From: Octopus sinensis
Lineage: Eukaryota
Assembly (NCBI RefSeq): GCF_006345805.1
Contig: NW_021828485.1
Span: 1-8,198, forward strand
Direction: 5' to 3'
Length of the DNA stretch: 8,198 bases
Position 1 is the first letter of the stretch. The number at the start of each line of letters is the position of its first letter. This document shows, one piece after another, positions 1 to 6,483 of this stretch. The notes below the pieces were generated by a model. It was not told where the DNA came from and made no database searches. It saw only the letters and a list, made by a program, of their open reading frames with translations. A program made the position numbers and the translations under genes.

Positions 1-300
1 ATTTTCACCAAAGATTTTTCGAAAATTTCAGAAATATTTTGAAGAATTTTTGGGTAAAATTTTCGGTGAAAATTTCCGAAAAATTTTTGGGTAAAATTTT
101 CGGTGAAATTTTGCAAAAGATTTTTGGGTAAAATTTTTGGGTAAAATTTCCAAAAATTTTTGGGAGTGGTAACGACTAGGGTAAGGTAACTGACTGCTTA
201 TTGTGATCATTCGTCTTTTGGTTTTCGAAAAATTTTTGGGTAAAATTTTCGGTGAAAAAAAATTTTTCGAAAATTTTCACCGACAATTTTACCCAAAAGT
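1..300. repeat. A/T-tract minisatellite (~12-bp subunits grouped in a ~37-bp unit) with one inverted unit
   Basis: The unit AATTTTTGGGTAAAATTTTCGGTGAAAATTTCCGAA recurs at ~44-80, 81-117 and 118-154 (degenerate), partially at 155-164 and again at ~228-262. A reverse-complement copy lies at 274-298. A unique ~58-bp stretch sits at ~165-222. Confidence 0.85.
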
Positions 301-353
301 TTGTATATACGTATGTATGTGAGTGTGCGTTCGCGTGTATGTATATGTGTATA

Positions 354-449
354 GCGCAGGCGTATTTCTGTGGCAAGAAGCTTGCTTCCATCCACATGAT
401 TCCAGGTTCAGTCTCACTGTGTGGTACCTTGGTCAAGTGTCTTTTACTA
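354..449 (+). mobile_element. 5' (tRNA-like) fragment of SINE family 'B', truncated
   Basis: GCGCAGGCG...GCTTGCTTCCATCCACATGATTCCAGGTTCAGTCTCACTGTGTGGTACCTTGGTCAAGTGTCTTTTACTA aligns with the heads of the copies at 3030 (+) and 848 (-). It stops abruptly at 449. Confidence 0.75.
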
Positions 450-461
450 GTGTTTAGATTA

Positions 462-654
462 ACTTGTTTCAGTCATTTGACTGCGGCCATGCTGGAGCAC
501 CGCCTTTAATCGAGCAACTCGACCCCGGGACTTATTCTTTTGTAAGCCCAGTACTTATTCTATCGGTCTCTTTTGCCAAACCGCTAAATAACGGGGACGT
601 AAACACACCAGCATCGGTTGACAAGCAATACTAGGGGGACAAACACAGACACAC

Positions 655-685
<31 letters not shown>

Positions 686-848
686 CGACGGGCTTCTTTC
701 AGTTTCCATCTACCAAATCCACTCACAAGGCTTTGGTCGGCCTGAGGCTATAGTAGAAGACACCTGCCCAAGGTGCCATGCAGTGGGACTGAACCCGGAA
801 CCATGTGGTTGGTAAACAAGCTACTTGCCACACAGCCACTCCTGCGCC
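462..848 (-). mobile_element. Full-length tRNA-derived SINE family 'B' with internal (TA)n
   Basis: The reverse complement reads GGCGCAGGAGTGGCTGTGTGG (A-box-like)...GGGTTCAGTCCC (B-box-like)...GGAAACTGAAAGAAGCCCGTCG-(TA)n-...GACTGAAACAAG. It is ~90% identical by hand to 3030-3416. The family name (octopus OK/OR type?) is not assigned. Confidence 0.9.
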
Positions 849-998
849 TATATCCCATTTCTTTTGAAGATATTATACGTGTGACCAACAGCTGACCAAA
901 AGTGTCATTAAGATATGACATGATGTTGCGAAAACAGTTTAACAATAGCATCCGCAGGAAAAAGACTGTTCTCAGAATAATGAGTGGACCATTTTTGT

Positions 999-1073
999 AA
1001 AAAGAATAAATAAATAAATAAAAAAAAAAAAAGAAAAGAAAAAAAGAAAAAAAAGAAAAAAAAGGAAAAAAAA
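999..1073 (+). repeat. A-rich low-complexity tract: (TAAA)n followed by A-runs broken by G
   Basis: Seen directly in the sequence. It may be a decayed retroposon tail, but no parent element is recognisable. Confidence 0.85.
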
Positions 1074-1486
1074 TCTGCTGCCAATTACAAACCTCCGAAA
1101 TTTGATATAATTGTAACCCCGCAGATGTGAACATTTCTTTCAAATTTACAAGGAAAGAGAATTTCTATTGGACTTCTTGCCTATGTGCACCAGTTGCCCA
1201 AAGAGGTAATCTAAACCCCTTATCAGGGAGATTTTCAAGCAGAAGTAAAATGGCCAGCTAGCATGCACTCTGAAAATAGTATCCATAAGCGAAACACTAC
1301 ACTAAAAATGTACAATACTTTTCAAAAGTTCAACATGTTTTAATAATAATTCCAATGAACTGTTTCTTTATTAGAAACCGATTCCTTTATTGGAAGAAGT
1401 CATATAATTAAAATAAAACATGATACGCATGCATTCATGTACATGTTACATATACATACGTATATATGTGAGTATATATGCCATAT

Positions 1487-1816
1487 GACCCCATTCGGTC
1501 AGACACTGACCATGGGTTTGCACCTAGAGAGTTACCCTCTGAGGTACAAGTCTGGGCAAGGTTGTTTTATGGAAGACCAGCAGTCCGCCCATGCATACCG
1601 GCCTCCACTCTCCACGCCACCAGTGTTATCCAAGGGAAAGACAAAGGTCGATACAGCTTGGCACCAGTGACGTCGCAACTCATTCTCTAGCTGAGTGAAC
1701 TGGAGCAACGTGAAATAAAGTGTCTTGCTCAAGAACACAACACACAGCGCAGCCCGGTCCGGATTCGAGCTCACAACCTCACGATCGTAAGCTCGATGCT
1801 CTGACCACTGTATCCA
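1487..1816 (-). mobile_element. tRNA-derived SINE family 'C' with a CORE-like central segment
   Basis: The minus strand has TGGATACAGTGG (A-box-like, 1805-1816) and GAGCTCGAATCC (B-box-like, 1761-1772) in a tRNA-Arg-like head (GCTTACGATC). It then reads GTGTTCTTGAGCAAGACACTTTATTTCACGTTGCTCCAGT, which resembles the CORE-SINE motif CCTTGGGCAAGTTACTTAACCTC. CORE SINEs are known from octopus (OR2), but that assignment is unverified. Confidence 0.75.
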
Positions 1817-1901
1817 TACATGCATGTATCCATACATGCATAAATACATATATATACGTATGTATGAGAGTGTGCGCGCGCGTGGTATGTATATTGGTAT
1901 A

Positions 1902-2058
1902 GCGCAGGCGCTTTCTGTGGCAAAAGCTTGCTTCCATCCACATGATTCCAGTTCAGTCTCATTGTGTGGCACCTTGGTCAAGTGTCTTTTACTACAGCGT
2001 GGGCCGACCAAAGCCTTATGAGTGGATTTGGTAGACGGAAACTGAAAGAAGCACGCGG
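1902..2058 (+). mobile_element. 5' half of SINE family 'B', ending at its internal microsatellite
   Basis: It aligns with 3030-3190 up to GGAAACTGAAAGAAGC and then runs into (TA)n. The 3' half is not found after the array. Confidence 0.8.
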
Positions 2059-2139
2059 TATATATATATATATATATATAATATATATATAGATATATAT
2101 ATATCAATATATATATTATAATATCTCATGTATGTATTA

Positions 2140-2183
<44 letters not shown>

Positions 2184-2222
2184 TATATGATATATATATT
2201 ATATATCATGTATGTATTAGTG

Positions 2223-2284
<62 letters not shown>

Positions 2285-2342
2285 TATAATATATATATAT
2301 CATGTTGTATTATGTATAATATATATATATAATATATATTAT
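2059..2342. repeat. Compound, interrupted (TA)n microsatellite
   Basis: Seen directly. The interruption ATCTCATGTATGTATTAGTGTA / ATATCATGTATGTATTAGTGTA occurs twice (~2122 and ~2203). Confidence 0.95.
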
Positions 2343-2908
2343 GCGTACACACAGACACGTGCATATGCAAGAATTCATTCATACATGCATGCATACGTAC
2401 TCATTAATACATTCGTAAAATAGGTCTGTGGGTCAAAGACTCAAACTCGTTGATGTTGTGTCATAATTCATCATGACCTACCACAAATTAGTTTACATCC
2501 TTGGAAGATATCAGGCATTGTAAGGGGTTTATTATTTTTTTTGTATTACCCAAATAACTTATCTAGGGGAAGATTTTTTTAAAAGCTGTTGCACACAGTG
2601 CTACAAATATTGAAGATAAGCCCTTGAGATTAGGGAAGAGAGCACAACAAAAAGGAAAAGAAAATTAAGACTAAATCAAAAAGAAGAAAACAGGAGGGTA
2701 ACTATGATTTAGTAAAGCTATGATGAATAGAAAGTGCGAAAACTTATACGATGGAACATGCTATGGAAGCCAATTAGTGTAGAAACAAATATATTACTGT
2801 CAAACTTGAGGTGACATTACTATATCAGATAACTGTTTGGGGTTTGGGGTTTGTATTGAACTAACAAATATGGAAAATTTGAAATAGAACCTTAGCGAAA
2901 AGTAAACA

Positions 2909-3026
2909 AGGTGGTGAGCTGGCAGAAACATTAGCACGCCGGGAAATGCGTAGCTGTATTTCGTCTCTTGCCTTTACGTTCTGAGTTCAAATTTCGCGCC
3001 GAGGTCGACTTTGCCTTTCATCCTTT
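2909..3026 (+). mobile_element. 5' part of SINE family 'A', truncated
   Basis: GGTGGTGAGCTGGCAGAAAC head, B-box-like GAGTTCAAATT (2983-2993), then GCCGAGGTCGACTTTGCCTTTCATCCTTT. This matches the reverse complement of 7058-7124. Confidence 0.75.
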
Positions 3027-3029
3027 ATA

Positions 3030-3440
3030 GGCACGGAGTGCTGTGTGGTAAGTAGCTTGCTAACCAACCACATGGTTCCGGGTTCAGTCCCACTGCGTGG
3101 CATCTTGGGCAGTGTCTTCTGCTATAGCCCCGGGCCGACCAATGCCTTGTGAGTGGATTTGGTAGACGGAAACTGAAAGAAGCCTGTCGTATATATGTAT
3201 ATGTATATATATGTATGTGTGTGTTTGTGTGTCTGTGTTTGTCCCCCTAGCATTGCTTGACAACCAATGCTGGTGTGTTTACGTACCCGTCACTTAGCGG
3301 TTCGACAAAAGAGACCGATAGAATAAGTACGGGCTTACAAAAAATAAGTCCCGGGGTCGATTTGCTCGACTAAAGGCGGTGCTCCAGCATGCCGCAGTCA
3401 AATGACTGAAACAAGTAAAAGAGTAAAGAAGTAAAAGAGA
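3030..3440 (+). mobile_element. Full-length tRNA-derived SINE family 'B' with internal (TA)/(TG)n and a short GTAAAAGA-type tandem tail
   Basis: B-box-like GGTTCAGTCC at 3081-3090, internal microsatellite at ~3190-3235, tail AAGTAAAAGAGTAAAGAAGTAAAAGAG. About 90% identical to 462-848 on the opposite strand. Confidence 0.9.
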
Positions 3441-3612
3441 ATATCTGGTAATGCAAACTGTCATTTGCTCCGGTTTTCACGAGATATTCCTCTTCAATTA
3501 CGGTAGAACTTTTTGACATCTCCACAAAAAAATATTGGATGCCCGCAGAAGGGATAGTACTTTGTTTCTGATTAGATGTTCAGAGTTAACTGAAATATTC
3601 TTCATTTTGTGT

Positions 3613-3633
3613 ACACACACACACACACACACA

Positions 3634-3673
<40 letters not shown>

Positions 3674-3701
3674 ACACACACACGCCGCACACACACACAC
3701 A
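3613..3701. repeat. (CA)n microsatellite
   Basis: Seen directly, with a few interruptions. Confidence 0.95.
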
Positions 3702-3719
3702 AATAACAATTTTATATTC

Positions 3720-3863
3720 GGGTATGTACCTTGTAGTATGCCGTTTAAAGCCCGTTCGCAGTATTCGGTTACCTGATGCACCGCAAATGTTTGGACAGCA
3801 CCTCAACCGCTAGGCACCGATGTACGATGGTTCGAAAGGATCGTCATGAATAATAAAAAGTCC
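3720..3863 (-). pseudogene. Possible decayed GIY-YIG endonuclease remnant of the adjacent Penelope-like element
   Basis: The minus strand reads GLF-IIHDDPFEPS-YIG (3863-3816, GIY-x10-YIG spacing), then after a frameshift KHLRCIR (3792-3772, compare EHLRDIR). It is on the same strand and in the expected position downstream of the RT. Similarity is weak. Confidence 0.3.
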
Positions 3864-3887
3864 CCTGAATTCCATCTTCTTTCTCTC

Positions 3888-3938
3888 ATGTATGTATGTA
3901 TGTATGTATGTATGTATGTATGTATGTATGTATGTATG
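3888..3938. repeat. (TATG)12 microsatellite
   Basis: Seen directly; perfect array. Confidence 0.95.
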
Positions 3939-3941
3939 AAC

Positions 3942-4858
3942 GAACAGAAGCGAGCGAAATTAAAAGCACCTGGGTCTGGGTACTGAGGAGCGTCTTATGA
4001 GGAGGTTTCCAAAATTTCTAATTTAATTTTTTTTCTTCGAAGACAAGAAGAAGTGGTGGTGTTGGCGAGTGATTGACCCGGCAATGGGGTCAGAAAATAG
4101 AACTCAGATGTTTCGGATGAGTTTGTCTTCCAGAAGAAGGTCGACGAATGGAAGATGAATGAGAGTGGAATACGATCTGTAGGTGTGCATAAAGCGGGAA
4201 AGATCGCGACGACGAGAGCGATGGCCTGGTTTCGGCTGAGCCCACAACTGATAGAGGGTATCCTCGATCCTGGAAAAATTATCGCATTTCCACAGAATGG
4301 GGTTTGAAATATTAACCAATGCTAAAGAGCCGGCGAGAGCGAAGGAATAGAGAGAATGGTATGGCAGAGTTAGTGTGTTAGAGATGAGAAGAGTAGAGAA
4401 GATGGGCGTGAGAGTCAGAATGCTAATAGTGGACAGAAGTTGAAAGGTAGATATTGTTTATAATGATGGAAATATCGAGAAAATTAGCGAGAAGAATGGA
4501 ATATAGTAGAAGTGTGTTCTAAGGTTGGGTGAAAGGAGTCAATGAAAGAAATGAAACTATCGAGTTGTTACTTTCAGAGTAACTATCGAGTAGTTACTTG
4601 TACAGCTCTAGAATGAGTCCGGTGACCTGGGCAGTGGTTTACTCTTCAATGTGACCTACAAAGAGGTTTGCATTGCTAGGACTCGATTTAGTTTCCACAG
4701 CAACCCCGCTGATGTTTGCAAAATTCCACGGAGCAAGAAAAGCAATTAAGGATTAAGACGAGCTCATTTGAACGAAGAAATGTTGTAGTGCTGGGTATAA
4801 ATAAAGGGTGATAGTCTAGAAGATGTTTAAAGGCTAATGAGTATATCCACGGATTGGC
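3942..4858 (-). pseudogene. Degenerate Penelope-like element (PLE) reverse transcriptase, thumb and linker; probably Neptune-type
   Basis: Manual translation across stops and frameshifts gives, in order: LAFKHLLDYHPLFIPSTTTFLRSNELVLILNCF / ISGVAVETKSSPSNANLFVGHIEE / ELYK / QLDSFISFIDSFHPTLEHTSTI / FLDISIIINNIYLSTSVHY*HSDSHAHLLYSSHL*HTNSAIPFSLFLRSRRLFS / FFQDRGYPLSVV / TDRIPLSFIFHSST / LIRNI*VLFSDPIAGSI / RNFGNLLIR / [11 protein letters not shown]. These match PLE RT motifs as I recall them (GVAMGTKMGPSYANLFVG, FLDI, HYKPTDSHSYL-YSSSHP, SIPFSQFLRLRRLCS, RGYP, PGTFKC). Confidence 0.9.
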
Positions 4859-4927
4859 AGAAGCTGTGTTTTGAATATTTCTTTCTTGGACTTTTGGACC
4901 ATTTTAACATTTTGAGAGAGAGATGCT

Positions 4928-5070
4928 CAGCACCATATTTATCAAATTTGTAGAGATGAAAAGCAAAGTCGATTTTGTCATGATTTGAACTCAGAGCGAA
5001 GTGTGTCGGAACAAATATACTGCGAGGGGTTCTATCCGACGCCTTGATGTCTTTGCTAATATATCACCTT
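4928..5070 (-). mobile_element. Old, diverged SINE family 'A' copy
   Basis: GATGAAAAGCAAAGTCGATTTTGTCATGATTTGAACTCAGAGCG aligns with GATGAAAGGCAAAGTCGACCTCGGCGGAATTTGAACTCAGAACG (7062-7105). The flanking matches are weak. Confidence 0.55.
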
Positions 5071-5886
5071 TACCATATATCAATAAATAGTAATAAGCAT
5101 GTGGTGAGAGAAAAAACAACATTAGGTCAAGGCTAATAATATTTTAATCAGTTCAGCACATAAGGGAGACAAGCGTGAATATGTTTCGTTCTAATTAGAT
5201 CTCCCCAGTGAGTCGTCATTTTTCGCAGAAACTTGTTCAGAACTTGTTCATCTCCTGTGTTTGCTAAAATGATATAGTGTTTTTAGTTAGTGTCGTCTTT
5301 TTCTTCCTGCGTAGTTATTTTTTAAATTGGCTTCTCGATGTTCACTGCATTAGATATTTGATCACGATAATTTGTTAAGATGAGTCAATAAAACAATTTT
5401 AAGCCAGAAAACTGAAATATACCCCCCTACTGGAAATACATCTTAAGTGCACAGACGTTGAGGTGAGCCCGAGCTTAAAATTCAACTACAAAACCGAATG
5501 CACAAGCTTTGATTTGATGTAAGGACTGTAAAAATAGATATATTTTATTTTTAGATAAGAAGATTCGGTTATTGTTTCTAGCACGTCTAACGACTACGTA
5601 GAGGAGATTTCGTTATCGCTTTTAATCTTGCTGTAAGGAGGTTGTCTCGCTTATGTGGCATAACGACAAACAGTGTTGTAGCAACTATTCAAGCAAGCAG
5701 TGGTTCACTGATTCTAGTTTCCTTTCTAAGTGTGACTAAGTTCAGTTATTTTGTTATTTTCTTTATAAGATTCACCGAACTTCTCACACAGTTGTTTATT
5801 GCAATTGTTCTCCAAATTATTTTATTGCATCATTCGAGACAGCGATCTGTTTTATATATTCTTTTGAAAAAAATAGAAGACGCCTT

Positions 5887-5938
5887 TATATTATATATTA
5901 TATAGTATATATATATACATATATATATAATATAATAT

Positions 5939-5972
<34 letters not shown>

Positions 5973-5978
5973 AATATA

Positions 5979-6024
<46 letters not shown>

Positions 6025-6068
6025 AATATATATATATGTATGTATATATATATATATTATATATATAT

Positions 6069-6070
<2 letters not shown>
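5887..6070. repeat. Interrupted (TA)n microsatellite
   Basis: Seen directly. Confidence 0.95.
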
Positions 6071-6100
<30 letters not shown>

Positions 6101-6140
6101 TTAACGTCCGCTTTCCATGCTAGCATGGGTTGGGACGGTT
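6071..6140 (-). mobile_element. Short 3' tail of a LINE (RTE-like) or LINE-dependent SINE ending in (GAT)10
   Basis: The minus strand reads AACCGTCCCAACCCATGCTAGCATGGAAAGCGGACGTTAAATGATGATG..., a stem-loop followed by a trinucleotide tail. I recall this as a very common octopus repeat end; the clade assignment is unverified. Confidence 0.55.
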
Positions 6141-6143
6141 CAA

Positions 6144-6233
6144 CATATATATATGTATGTATGTATATATATATATATATATATATATAATTATATATAT
6201 ACATATACATACATACATACATACATACATACA

Positions 6234-6266
<33 letters not shown>

Positions 6267-6326
6267 GATATATATATATATATATGTATGTATGTATGTT
6301 GTATGTATGTATGTGTATGTATGTAT
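6144..6326. repeat. Compound (TA)n/(TACA)n/(TATG)n microsatellite
   Basis: Seen directly. Confidence 0.95.
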
Positions 6327-6454
6327 AGTATCTTTTGTTTTTTGCTCATTCTACTGTGTTCGTTCAAATTAACCTATATAACAGAAGTGCAAAATACAAG
6401 GGGAGAACAAACGCGCTCACGAAGACTGACGTCAGTTTCAGAAATGTGCACCCT

Positions 6455-6483
6455 TGTGTGTAAGTGTGTGTGTGTGTGTGTGT
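6455..6483. repeat. (TG)n microsatellite
   Basis: Seen directly. Confidence 0.9.

Noticed and set aside
44-262. 37-bp repeats with one unique ~58-bp insert as a CRISPR-like array
   Set aside because: The units are directly tandem and low-complexity, with no series of unique spacers, no cas genes, and a eukaryotic context.
28-509. ORFs 28..210, 176..436, 207..395 and 252..509
   Set aside because: They are open only because the A/T-tract repeat and SINE head lack stops; the peptides are repetitive K/F/N strings.
618-2394. ORFs 618..815, 748..1143, 1437..1670, 1478..1690, 1532..2107, 1720..1902, 1771..1962, 1824..2021 and 2206..2394
   Set aside because: They read through SINEs, the A-rich tract or (TA)n arrays, with no recognisable protein similarity.
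3498-3813. ORFs 3498..3806 and 3535..3813, and an Ig-like reading (SVT*CTANV...VRWFER) on the plus strand
   Set aside because: The ORFs are driven by (CA)n. The Ig-like reading contains a stop, lacks good splice sites and rests on a few residues.
4104-4319. ORF MVNISNPILW... as a gene
   Set aside because: It is mostly an off-frame reading of the Penelope-like fossil; only its last ~10 residues are in an RT-related frame.
5642-5905. Hydrophobic 87-aa ORF as a membrane protein
   Set aside because: The hydrophobicity follows from T-richness. There is no motif, the start is not ATG, and it ends in a microsatellite.
6425-6436. Perfect palindrome ACTGACGTCAGT containing a full CRE (TGACGTCA)
   Set aside because: A single 8-12-bp motif with no promoter context or nearby gene can arise by chance.
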